From: Selaginella moellendorffii
Taxonomy: Eukaryota > Plantae > Lycopodiophyta
Reading direction: 5' to 3'
Assembly (NCBI RefSeq): GCF_000143415.4
Contig: NW_003314298.1
Coordinates: 62,001-126,000 of the forward strand
Length of the DNA stretch: 64,000 nucleotides
Part shown: piece by piece, positions 35,193 through 48,548 of the stretch
How positions within the stretch are numbered: the first letter of the stretch is position 1
Layout of the letters: every line of letters starts with the position of its first letter
Position numbers and translations under genes: made by a program
The notes under the pieces: model-generated
Told to the model about the DNA's origin: nothing
The model's database searches: none
The model's input: the letters and a program-made list of their open reading frames with translations, nothing else

Positions 35193-38100
35193 TGTAAGCG
35201 ACTAAATTTTCCATTCTACTTTAGTCACTTAACCACACCTCTGACCACTTGGAGGAATCTCATTCACAACCTCCCTATGTCCAATCCAGGACTTGGGACT
35301 TGCTAGCCCCGAGAATGGCATCCATGCCACTCAACATTTGCACTTGGTCCAAGTGCTCCACGTGTCCGATCCCATGATCAACAACCAAAGGTACCACTGA
35401 CATCTCGGCCCGTTAAGCTAAGGCCATGCCCATTCACCTTTGCTGCGCAAATGGTCCAATACCACTTGCATCACCATCCCGTCTCTCCAAGACTGGGCCA
35501 TCTGTCTACGAGGGGTCATCCTAGATCCACTCCTTAGCATCCTTAGGATGCCCACAGACCTGGGGAATCGCCTTCCCCAAAGTCCCTTTGTCAGTTCCTA
35601 TCAAGTCCCTTTCTGCCCCTGGCCGTGTTTGCCAACACTGCCACTGGATCGAGGCCCACAGGCCCGACCACTAAGTCCCACGGTCCTCTGGGACTTCCTC
35701 ACCACACGACTGTGTCCTTGGTCACTACCCCAGAGGACTGCTCCTCTTCCTTTCCACAGTCTGGGCCTTTGGGACGACATTTCGGAACACCGTGGCCTTA
35801 CGCGAGCCACCTGGGTACTCTCCCCACCTATCGCCTTTAGGTGCTCTAGCCATGGGCTTAGAGCGAGGTTCCGTTGAGCCACGCCTGGTATCCAAGTAGG
35901 TAGTGCCACCCACACTTGGACTGGGAGCATCGGCCAGTCGATCTCCCGGGGGAACTAGAGCCGGCTCTTGAACACTTCACCAAGCTACCCTGCTTGTCGG
36001 TCCGTATTCACTCTAGTATTGGACTTCCCAGTGGTCAGTTCATCACCCAACACTGGGTCTGGCCTTCCTGGGCCAAACTGGCCTTTCCTGGCCAAACTGG
36101 CTCCACTGCAGTCCTCCCCCTACTATACTTTTGGAGCTCACCAAACCCCCCAGGGTCTGGGAGACGAACGCTTTGGGCTTTCACCCTCTCAGGCTCCGGA
36201 CTCGGACTCGGACTCGGACTCGGACTCGGACTCGAATTCGGACTCGAATTCGGACTCGGACTCGGGCTCGGGCTCGGTCTCGACCTCGGCCTCGGTCTCG
36301 GTCTCGGTCCCGATCTCGGTCTCGGTCCCGGTCTCGGTCTCGGTCTCGGTCCCGGTCTCGGTCTCGACTTCGGACTCCATCTCGGACTCCATCTCGGACT
36401 CCATCTCGGGTCCATCTCGGGTCCATCTCGGACTCCATCTCGGACTCCATCTCGGGTCCATCTCGGACTCCATCTCGGACTCCATTTCGGGTCCATCTCG
36501 GGTCCACCTCGGACTCCATCTCGGACTCCATCTCGGACTCCATCTCGGGTCCATCTCGGACTCCACTTCGGACTCCAACTCGGGTCCATCTCGGGTCCAC
36601 CTCGGACTCCTCTTCGGACTCCATCTCGGGTCCATCTCGGACACTCCCACGTGTCATGTGTTGGTCCTTTTGGGTCCCTTTTTGGAGCCTCGCTTTTTGC
36701 TCGCTTCGTGCTCGTTCCTCGAGCACTTCTTTGGGAGTTCCACTCCCGCTCTTGACTTTTCAAGTCGGAGCTTTTGGTCCAAACGTGTTACGCTCGTTTG
36801 GCTCTCGCTTTAGCCACTACCACGTGGCACCCTTTCCGGCTCCACTTTGGGGCCTAGGGATTTTGTGTCTCACAACTCCACCACCCATAGACGAAGTTCG
36901 ATGTCCTCATCGAACGGTAAACCCTTTCATAAAGTAACACCCACACGTGTTACCATTTCCATCCTTGGCACCTAGCCAATCTTTGTCTATGGTTTGACAC
37001 CAAAGGCTCACCATGCCTTGTCCATCCTATAAGGAGCGTAGTCTCTCCAACTTAGAGACTAATTAGACCACATGTAATGGTTCTCTCCTTTTATTGGTTT
37101 AGTTCTCGCTAAACCTCTTAGAGACCCTTCTCTAAGTCAATCCCACTACTCCTTCTCGAGTAGTCTCAATTTCCATCGATATAACCTCTGCACTTTGGAA
37201 CTTTGAATTTTGACTCCTTGGAGTCAATTTCCTAGGTGTCTCTGACACCTTGCCTTGCACCTTTTGTGCAACTCCACTTCCCATCCTAGGAAGTTCTCTA
37301 CTCGAGGGCACCATCATCCTCTCTTCTATTTCGTGCCAAAGTTCCAGTTATCATACTTTGTGCTAGGGCTGTTCATGGCCCTATCATTTGGCTACCTTAC
37401 CGCTCCCTCCCTTGGAGCTTCTACTTTCGCCAAATCGGAGCAATTCGGAATCCATCCTCGGAAACACACTTCCTTTCCCGCAATTTGTTAGCGTCCAACA
37501 CATTAGTGTTCCTCGCCTAACTTTGTCACTTGGATTCCTTCCAAGGGATTCCACGGCCCTATCTTGGCCACTCATCTTTTGCTCCTATCCGTTGATTGTT
37601 GCACCAAGCAACATCGAATCTCTACCTCCCTCCTTGAGGTATTCTTTTGATTCCATAGCAAAGGCTCTACTTTGCCAAGACTAGGGTGTTCACCCCTAGT
37701 AAGTCTCTTTTAGCATCTTCTGCTGTGGGCTCTATCCTTGGCCAAACTTTGTGACCCTCTCATGGGTCTCTTTAGAGACTACTTTCCTTGGACACACTAT
37801 GCCATCACGATGATATAGCTCATTTCCCTAAGGTGCTTTTCCCACTTGGTCACCTTGACCAAGCTACACCATCATCAATAGTTCAAATCAACACTTTGAG
37901 CTAGGAACTTTATTCCTTAACCCAAACAAGGACCTTGTCCTTATTTAACCACAAGATCACCTAGTGATCTCACCTCGGCACCTTAACAGGTTTGCCAATA
38001 GGTACTAGGTCTTCCAGACCTTTAACTTGTTAACTACGACCCCGGGGGCATCCCCCACACTTGGCGGTGCGCCCAAGCCAGCCCTTCCGGCCAAGGGTCC

Positions 38101-41100
38101 ATAGCAACTGAGATTAGGTGTCCCCCTCTCACTCACCACGTCCTTGGTGCCACTTGCACCAAAGCGTTCAAGTTAAATATGCCGAGCTTTCACACTAAGC
38201 AATCTAACCGTGCATCACGACTCCGAGGCATCCCTCGCTTGGCGGTGTGCCCAAACCAGTCTCCCCACTGAGAGTCCATGACCACCGAAATATGAGTGTC
38301 CTCATATTCCAAACCATCACCACGCCCTAGTGATTTGGGACTCGAACCCAAGCACTAGAGGGTCGGGACTCGAACCCAACCTCCGTATATGCATCTACGG
38401 ACGGCATCACACTAGATGCCTGGCGTGACTCCCCACGCCGGTGCACCAACCTATTTTTAAAGCGCGCTACAGATCACAGCTTAGGAACCTAGTTCCTCCA
38501 CACTGCCAAGTCCTCTCACTTGACATGTCTGTGATCATGCATGGACTCCTCCATGCTCGGCCCCCTGGCCCACCCTTTTTGAAGATATCACCTTCAACTA
38601 GGGTCTTTGTTCCCCCGACGTGCCAATCTCACTTGGCAAGTCCTCCGACCATTGTAACATGGCTCCTGCATAAGCGTGAAAGTCCTTGACCATCGACTTT
38701 CGTTCAAAGCCCTCTCTTTGAACACTCGGGAACTACTTCCCTAACCTTGATAACCTTGCTTCATGGCAAGCTTCAAGACCACGCTTCTGCTGCGCCACTC
38801 TGATTTCGCGCATTCCATGAACCATTTACACTTGGCCTTTTTAGGTACTACGCTACCTAGAATCGTCTTTGGGAACCTTGAAGGAACTCTGTCCCTCAGC
38901 TTGCTAATGCCTCCCCTTTCGCAAGCTTTATAGTTGCCATATAGTCTAACATGGACAATTCCATATTTTAGACTCTCCATGGCATCACGGTTGCTAGCAA
39001 CAACATCCTCGAGCACCCTCTTGATTCTCCACTCCCAACTTTCATAACCACTGTTGGATATGCCCTTTGATTTCTATGGTTCAGTTCCATCCCAACACTA
39101 CTTGCCTTTGGCTTCACACCTTTCCTTCGGTCATTCTCCTCCAGACCAGGAGGATAACTTTGCACTTTCGATCATGCTTTAGCAAGTATTCTTAGGGATG
39201 AACTTACCCAATAGCCTAGGGAGTGGTTCCTCGATCCGGGTATGCTCACCTTATAATCCCACACACTGGGATTACATTGTTGCTTATGGGCCTTTACATG
39301 CCCATCACTAGCCTTGCCAAAATTCCATTTTTGGCTTTGTCCAATTCGGGTAGACAGTCCCTTCCTGTCTCCGCAACCTTGGACATTTGGATAGCACCTT
39401 CTATCCATCATTCGCTAGGGACTTAGTCCCTTGGGCTTTATCCATTACCCTCGCGACATCAAACACCACCTTCTGGTGTTCTAGAGTGTTCGGGTGTCCC
39501 AATGATGGCTTTCTTGACAATGAGTATTTCCTTTTATGACATTGACTTACTATATCACAACACAAGCAACTTATCCCCCGTAAGGGTATATCCAACTTCC
39601 CTATGCTATTAAGAAGTCTTGGGTAGCTACCTTCTACCCGTTTAACCAGTTATTTTGCACCTCTTGCCTAGTTGCCTCATAGTTGTCAAGTCCTACAACT
39701 CATTGCTTGGTGCTTTCACACCTCCATCATTATCTGGATCACCACACCCCAACTGCATGCTCTACAGCTTAGGCTATGCTATTCCCATTTCCATTGGGAT
39801 TCCTTTGGCAAGGGGTTCTCATGAACCCACCAACATAGCCTCAAGGTATCACACCTTGGCACATTTGGTGTCTCCACACCATCGGCTCCACGAGCCTACC
39901 TCAATGACATTTCCCCTTCGTGTCTAAGTCTTTGCCAAGACCAACACCGCTCTTTCTCATGCCAACCATCCGTTAGCACTGCACCATAGAGGTCACACAC
40001 AATTTTATGTCAAAGTTGTTTTCTTCTGGGAACACCTTTCCCATAACTTTAGCATGGCATATTTTGCCATCGATGAGATACCCTCTGTTCTCATCCTTCG
40101 ATCCTATGATCCCCCCCCCATCCTTTGTGGGGTACAACACACCTCAGTCCAAATGCTTCCATCAGTCCTTTTAGGGCCATCCGTTGACTCTACTTGAGTC
40201 ATCCAGCAGTTTTGGACTTGGTTAATCCACAGACCCGTAAGGTCCTACTTGTGAGGCACTAGCTCACTAGAATACACTTCTTGCATTCCTGTCCTACTCA
40301 AAAGGACTATTTTCACAAGTGTTACTCCGACACTTGATTTTGTTCTCTGGGGGCAACTTTTGCCCCACTTAGGACTACTTGTCACATGTGATGAGAACAC
40401 CAACTCATCCACTTAATACACCCCCANNNNNNNNNNNNNNNNNNNNNNNNNNNNNNNNNNNNNNNNNNNNNNNNNNNNNNNNNNNNNNNNNNNNNNNNNN
40501 NNNNNNNNNNNNNNNNNNNNNNNNNNNNNNNNNNNNNNNNNNNNNNNNNNNNNNNNNNNNNNNNNNNNNNNNNNNNNNNNNNNNNNNNNNNNNNNNNNNN
40601 NNNNNNNNNNNNNNNNNNNNNNNNNNNNNNNNNNNNNNNNNNNNNNNNNNNNNNNNNNNNNNNNNNNNNNNNNNNNNNNNNNNNNNNNNNNNNNNNNNNN
40701 NNNNNNNNNNNNNNNNNNNNNNNNNNNNNNNNNNNNNNNNNNNNNNNNNNNNNNNNNNNNNNNNNNNNNNNNNNNNNNNNNNNNNNNNNNNNNNNNNNNN
40801 NNNNNNNNNNNNNNNNNNNNNNNNNNNNNNNNNNNNNNNNNNNNNNNNNNNNNNNNNNNNNNNNNNNNNNNNNNNNNNNNNNNNNNNNNNNNNNNNNNNN
40901 NNNNNNNNNNNNNNNNNNNNNNNNNNNNNNNNNNNNNNNNNNNNNNNNNNNNNNNNNNNNNNNNNNNNNNNNNNNNNNNNNNNNNNNNNNNNNNNNNNNN
41001 NNNNNNNNNNNNNNNNNNNNNNNNNNNNNNNNNNNNNNNNNNNNNNNNNNNNNNNNNNNNNNNNNNNNNNNNNNNNNNNNNNNNNNNNNNNNNNNNNNNN

Positions 41101-42049
41101 NNNNNNNNNNNNNNNNNNNNNNNNNNNNNNNNNNNNCATCTCGGCCCGTTACGCTAAGGCCATGCCCATTCACCTTTGCTGCACTAGTGGTCCAATACCA
41201 CTGGCATCACCATCCCGTCTCTCCAAGACTGGGCCATCTGTCCACGAGGGGTCATCCTAGATCCACTCCTTAGCATCCTTAGGATGCCCATAGACCTGGG
41301 GAATTGCCTTCCCCAAAGTCCCTTTGTCAGTTCCTACCAAGTCCCTTTCTGCCCCTAGCCGTGTTTGACAACACTGCCACTGGATCGAGGCCCACAGGCC
41401 CGACCACTAAGTCCCACGGTCCTCCGGGACTTCCTCACCACATGACTGTGTCCTTGGTCACTACCCCAGAGGACTGCTCCTCTTCCTTCCCACAGTCTGG
41501 GCCTTTGGGACGACATTTCGGAACACCGTGGCCTTACGCGAGCCACCTGGGTACTCTCCCCACCTATCGCCTTTAGGTGCTCTAGCCATGGGCTTAGAGC
41601 GAGGTTCCGTTGAGCCACGCCTGGTATCCAAGTAGGTAGTGCCACCCACACTTGGACTGGGAGCATCGGCCAGTCGATCTCCCGGGGGAACTAGAGCCGG
41701 CTCTTGAAAACTTCACCAAGCTACCCCGCTTGTCGGTCCGTGTTCACTCTAGTCTTGGACTTCCCAGTGGGCAGCTCATCACCCAACACTGGGTCCGGCC
41801 TTCCTGGGCCAAACTGGTCTTTCCTGGCCAAACTGGCTCCACCGCAGTCCTCCCCCTACTATACTTTTGAAGCTCACCAAACCCCCCAGGGTCTGGGAGA
41901 CGAACGCTTTGGGCTTTCACCCTCTCAGGCTCCGGACTCGGACTCGGACTCAGACTCGGACTCGGACTCGGACTCGGACTCGGATTCGGACTCGGACTCG
42001 GGCTCGGGCTCGGTCTCGGCCTCAGCCTCAGTCTCGGTCTTGGTCCCGA

Positions 42050-42081
<32 letters not shown>

Positions 42082-45000
42082 CCGGTCTCGGTCTCGACTT
42101 TGGACTCCATCTCGGACTCCATCTCGGACTCCATCTTGGGTCCATCTCGGGTCCATCTTGGACTCCATCTCGGACTCCATCTTGGACTCCATCTCGGACT
42201 CCATCTCGGGTCCATCTCGGACTCCATCTCGGACTCCATTTCGGGTCCATCTCGGGTCCATCTCGGACTCCATCTCGGACTCCATTTCGGGTCCATCTCG
42301 GGTCCACCTCGGACTCCATCTCGGACTCCATCTCGGACTCCATCTCGGGTCCATCTCGGACTCCACTTCGGACTCCAACTCGGGTCCATCTCGGGTCCTC
42401 CTCGGACTCCACTTCAGACTCCATCTCGGACTCCATCTCGGGTCCATCTCGGACTCCACTTCGGACTCCAACTCGGGTCCATCTCGGACACTCCCACGTG
42501 TCACGTGTTGGTCCTTTTGGGTCCCTTTTTGGAGCCTCGCCTTTTGCTCGCTTCGTGCTCGTTCCTCGAGCAGTTCGTTGGGAGTTCCACTCCCGCTCTT
42601 GACTTTTCAAGTCGGAGCTTTTGGTCCAAACGTGTTACGCCCGTTTGGCTCTCGCTTCGGCCACTACCATGTGGCGCCCTTCCGGCTCCACTTTGGGGCC
42701 TAGGGATTTTGTGTCTCACAACTCCACCACCCATAGACGAAGTTCGATGTCCTCATCGAACGGTAAACCCTTTCATAAAGTAACACCCACACGTGTTACC
42801 ATTTCCATCCTTGGCACCTAGCCAATCTTTGTCTATGATTTGACACCAAAGGCTCACCATGCCTTGTCCATCCTTTAAGGAGCGTAGTCTCTCCAACTTA
42901 GAGACTGATTGGACCACATGTGATGGTTCTCTCCTTTTATTGGTTTAGTTCTCGCTAAACCTTTAGAGACCCTTTTCTAAGTCAATCCCACTACTCCTTC
43001 TCGAGTAGTCTCAATTTCCATCGATATAACCTCTGCACTTTGGAACTTTGAATTTTGACTTCTTGGAGTCAATTTCCTAGGTGTCTCTGACACCTTGCCT
43101 TGCACCTTTTGTGCAACTCCACTTCCCATCCTAGGAAGTTCTCTACTCGAGGGCACCATCATCCTCTCTTCTATTTCGTGCCAAAGTTCCAGTTATCATA
43201 CTTTGTGCTAGGGCTGTTCATGGCCCTATCATTTGGCTACCTTACCGCTCCCTCCCTTGGAGCTTCCACTTTCGCCAAATCGGAGCATTTCGGAATCCCT
43301 CCTTGGAAACACACTTCCTTTCCCGCAACTTGTTAGCGTCCAACACATTAGTGTTCCTCGCCTAACTTTGTCACTTGGATTCCTTCCAAGGGATTCCACG
43401 GCCCTATCTTGGCCGCTCATCTTTTGCTCCTATCCGTTGATTGTTGCACCAAGCAACATCGAATCTCTACCTCCCTCCTTGAGGTATTGTTTCGGTTCCA
43501 TAGCAAAGACTCTTCTTTGCCAAGTCCGGAGGATGTTCACCCCTAGTACGTCTCTTTAGCATCTTCTGCTATGGGCTTTATCCACGGCCCAACTTCGTGA
43601 CCCTCCCATGGGTCTTTTATAGAGACTACTTTCCTCGGACTCACTATGCCATCGCACGGACATAGTTTATTTCCCTTAGGTGCTCTTCCCACTTGGTCAT
43701 CACGACCAAGCCACACCACCTTAAACAGTTCAATTTCAACATTTTGAACCAGGAACTTCATTCCTTAGCCAACCAAGGACCTTGTCCTTATCTGGCCATA
43801 AGATCACCTAATGATCTCACCTTGGCACCTTAACAGAGTTGCCAAGAGGTACTTGGTTTTCTAAACCTCCAAGTTGTTGACTATAACCCCGGGGGCATCC
43901 CCCACACTTGGCGGTGCACCCAAGCTAGCCCTTACGGCCAAGGGTTCATAGCAACTGAGATTAAGTGTCCCCATCTCACTCACCACGACCTTGGTGCCAC
44001 TTGCACCAAAGTGTTCAAGTTAGATATGCTGAGCTTTCACGCTAAGCAATCTAACCATGCATCACGACTCCGAGGCATCCCTCGCTTGGCGGTGTGCCCA
44101 AACCAGTCTCCCCACTGAGAGTCCATGACCACTGAAATATGAGTGTCCTCATATTCCAAACCATCACCACGCCCTAGTGATTTGGGACTCGAACCCAAGC
44201 ACTAGAGGGTCGGGACTCGAACCCAACCTCCGTATATGCATCTACGGACGGCATCACACTAGATGCCTGGCGTGACTCCCCACGCCGGTGCACCCACCTA
44301 TTTTTAAAGCGCGCTACAGATCACAGCTTAGGAATCTAGTTCCTCCACACTGCCAAGTCCTCTCACTTGACATGTCTGTGATCATGCATGGACTCCTCCA
44401 TGCTCGGCCCCATGGCCCACCCTTTTTGAAGTTATCACCTTCAACTAGGGTCTTTGTTCCCCCGACGTGCCAATCTCACTTGGCAAGTCCTCCGACCATT
44501 GTAGCATGGTTCCTGCATAAGCGTGAAAGTCCTTGACCATCGACTTTCGTTCAAAGCCCTCTCTTTGAACACTCGGGAACTACTTCCCTAACCTTGATAA
44601 CCTTGCCTCATGGCAAGCTTCAAGACCACGCTTCTGCTGCGCCACTCTGATTTCGCGCGTTCCATGAACCATTTACATTTGGCCTTTCTAGGTACTACAC
44701 TACCTAGAATCGTCTTTGGGAACCTTGAAGGAACTTTGTCCCTCAGCTTGCTAAGGCCTCCCCTTTCGCAAGCTTTATAGTTGCCATATAGTCTAACATG
44801 GACAATTCCATATTTTAGACTCTCCATGGCATCACAGTTGCTAGCAACAACATCCTCGAGCACCCTCTTGATTCTCCACTCCCAACTTTCATAACCACTG
44901 TTGGATATGCCCTTTGATTTCTATGGTACAGTTCCATCCCAATACTACTTGCCTTTGGCTTCACACCTTTCCTTCGGTCATTCTCCTCCAGACCAGGAGG

Positions 45001-48000
45001 ATAGCTTTGCACTTTCTATCATGCCTTAGCAAGTATTCTTAGGGATGAACCTACCCAATAGCCCAGGGAGTGGTTCCTCAATCCGGGTATGCTCACCTTA
45101 TGATCCCACACACTAGGATTACATTGTTGCTTATGGGCCTTTACATGCCCATCACTAACCTTGCCAAAATTCCATTCTTTGCTTTGTCTAACTTGGGTAG
45201 ACAGTCCTCTCATGTCTCCGCAACCTTGGACATTTGGATAGCACATTCTATCCATCATTCGCTAGGGACTTAGTCCCTTGGGCTTTATCCATTGCCCTCG
45301 CGACATCAAACACCACCTTTTGGTGTTCTAGAGTGTCCGGGTGTCCCAATGATGGCTTTCTTGACAATGAGTATTTCCTTTTATGACATTGACTTACTAT
45401 ATCGCAACACAAGCAACTTATCCCCCGTAAGGGTATATCCAACTTCCTTATGCTATTAAGAAGTCTTGGGTAGCTACCTTCTACCCGTTTAACCAGTTAT
45501 TTTGCACCTCTTGCCTAGTTGCCTCATAGTTGTCAAGTCCTACAACTCATTGCTTGGCGCTTTCACACCTCCATCATTATCTGGGTCACCACACTCCAAC
45601 TGTATGCTCTGCAGCTTAGGCTATGCCATTCCCATTCCCATTGGGATTCCTTTGGCAAGGGGTTCTCATGAACCCACCAACATAGCCTCAAGGTATCACA
45701 CCTTGGCACATTTGGTGTCTCCACACCATCGGCTCCACGAGCCTACCTCTATGACATTTCCCCTTCGTGTCTAAGTCTTTGCCAAGACCAACACTGCTCT
45801 TTCTCATGCCAACCATCCGTTAGCACTGCCCCATAGAGGTCACGCACAACTTTATGTCAAAGTCGTTTTCTTCTGGGAACACCTTTCCCATAACTTTAGC
45901 ATGGCACATTTTGCCATCGATGAGATACCCTCTGTTCTCATCCTTCGATCCTATGATCCCCCCCCATCCTTTGTGGGGTACAACGCACCTCAATCCAAAT
46001 GCTTCTATCAGTCCTTTTAGGACCATCCCTTGACTCTACTTGAGTCGTCTAGCAGTTTTGGACTTGGTTAATCCACTGACCCGTAAGGTCCTACTTGTGA
46101 GGCACTAGCTCATTGGAATACACTTCTTGCATTCCTGTCCTACTCAAAAGGACTATTTTCACAAGTGTTACTCCGACACTTGATTTTGTTCTCTGGGGGC
46201 AACCTTTGCCCTTTAGGACTACTTGTCCATGTGATGAGAATACCAACTCATCCACTTAATACACCCCCCAACTCCTTGGGTTATTCCAGCATTTATTAAA
46301 GGTAGCCCCGGCTACCATTTCAAGGATTTGAGTCCCCTTCCGTATTTGACCTCCCACGGTCATTACCTCTGGTCTCACATTCATGAGCACCTACCTCAAC
46401 TATATGAGGATAATCTTGTGACTCCTTTATTGTTTTGGAGTCTCTATCTTTCCCGTGATCCCAACTTTAGTTGGTTACCACAACAACCTTAGCCAATTTG
46501 CTGCGACAAATGCTCATCCAGATCACATCCTCAACTCAATGAGGAAAACCTTGCACTGTTCCCAAGATCCCAAAGTCGTTCCATTATTGGCCCTTTTCTA
46601 TCCACCACCTCGTCTACAAGTTCACACATGAACTGTAATGGAGAGCCATGTCTTCCCGACTTGCTACTCCTCAAGGATAGGCCCACTCCTCGGACCTTCC
46701 GATGCCAACACTAGTGGTGATATACTTGAGCACCAATAAAAGTCGGACTAAGGAACAGCTCCGATACCAAATTGTAAGCAACTAATTTTTCCATTCTACT
46801 TTAGTCACTTAACCACACCTCCGACCACTTGGAGGAGTCTCATTCACAACCTCCATAAGTCCCATTCAGGACTTGGGGCTTGCTAGCCCTGAGAATGGCA
46901 TCCATGCCACCCAACCTTTGCACTTGGTCCAAGTGCTCCACGTGTCCGATCCCACGACCGACACCCAAAGGTACCACTGACATCTCAGCCCGTTACGCTA
47001 AGGCCATGCCCATTCACCTTTGCTGCACTAGTGGTCCAATACCACTTGCATCACCATCCCGTCTCTCCAAGACTGGGCCATCTGTCCACGAGGGGTCATC
47101 CTAGATCCACTCCTTAGCATCCTTAGGATGCCCATAGACCTGGGGAATCGCCTTCCCCAAAGTCCCTTTGTCAGTTCCTACCAAGTCCCTTTTTGCCCCT
47201 GGAGCCGTGTTTGACAACACTGCCACTGGATCGAGGCCCACAGGCCCGACCACTAAGTCCCACGGTCCTCCGAGACTTCCTCACCACACAACTGTGTCCT
47301 TGGTCACTACCCCAGAGGACTGCTCCTCTTCCTTCCCACAGTCTGGGCCTTTGGGACGACATTTCGGAACACCGTGGCCTTACGCGAGCCACCTGGGTAC
47401 TCTCCCCACCTATCGCCTTTAGGTGCTCTAGCCATGGGCTTAGAGCGAGGTTCCGTTGAGCCACGCCTGGTATCCAAGTAAGTAGTGCCACCCACACTTG
47501 GACTGGGAGCATCGGCCAGTCGATCTCCCGGGGGAACTAGAGCCGGCTCTTGAACACTTCACCAAGCTACCCCGCTTGTCGGTCCGTGTTCACTCTAGTC
47601 TTGGACTTCCCAGTGGGCAGCTCATCACCCAACACTAGGTCCGGCCTTCCTGGGCCAAACTGGCCTTTCCTGGCCAAACTGGCTCCACTGCAGTCCTCCC
47701 CCTACTATACTTTTGAAGCTCACCAAACCCCCTAGGGTCTGGGAGACGAACGCTTTGGGCTTTCACCCTCTCAGGCTCCGGACTCGGACTCGGACTCGGA
47801 CTCAGACTCGGACTTGGACTCGGACTCGGATTCGGACTCAGACTCGGGCTCGGGCTCGGTCTCGGCCTCGGCCTCGGTCTCAGTCTCGGTCCCGATCTCG
47901 GTCTCGGTCTCGGTCTCGGTCCCGGTCTCGGTCTCGACTTCGGACTCCATCTCGGGTCCATCTCGGACTCCATCTTGGACTCCATCTCAGACTCCATCTT

Positions 48001-48548
48001 GGACTCCATCTCGGACTCCATATCCGGTCCATCTCGGACTCCATTTCGGGTCCATCTCGGGTCCATCTCGGACTCCATCTCGGACTCCATTTCGGGTCCA
48101 TCTCGGGTCCACCTCGGACTCCATCTCGGGTCCACCTCGGACTCCATCTCGGACTCCATCTCGGACTCCATCTCGGGTCCATCTCGGACTCCACTTCGGA
48201 CTCCAACTCGGGTCCATCTCGGGTCCTCCTCGAACTCCACTTCGGACTCCATCTCGGACTCCATCTCGGGTCCATCTCGGACTCCACTTCGGACTCCAAC
48301 TCGGGTCCATCTCGGACACTCCCACGTGTCACGTGTTGGTCCTTTTGGGTCCCTTTTTGGAGCCTCGCCTTTTGCTCGCTTCGTGCTCGTTCCTCGAGCA
48401 CTTCGTTGGGAGTTCCACTCCCGCTCTTGACTTTTCAAGTCGGAGCTTTTGGTCCAAAAGTGTTACGCCCGTTTGGCTCTCGCTTCGGCCACTACCATGT
48501 GGCGCCCTTCCGGCTCCACTTTGGGGCCTAGGGATTTTGTGTCTCACA
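35193..48548 (-). mobile_element. Tandem three-LTR LARD-like element C (LTR-internal-LTR-internal-LTR), same family as B
   Basis: LTRs at 35193-36874, ~40930-42720 (start falls in the gap) and 46773-48548. PPT follows 36874 and 42720; PBS at ~46758-46769. Two near-identical ~4.05-kb internal regions. Confidence 0.85.
40427..41136. other. Assembly gap (710 N)
   Basis: Run of N. Confidence 1.

Noticed and set aside
35916-36937. Long ORFs with RS/SD/PR repeats (also near 26.2, 30, 41.7, 47.6, 53.3, 59.2 and 60.5 kb) resembling SR proteins or adhesins
   Set aside because: They arise from stop-free hexamer arrays inside LTRs, are open in several frames at once, and have no conserved start or stop.
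38441-39927. Short ORFs recurring in each LARD interior
   Set aside because: Recurrence reflects copy identity, no domain is recognisable, and frames break in the more diverged copy B.
40379-41260. ORFs of 244-293 aa
   Set aside because: Artefacts of the N gap.
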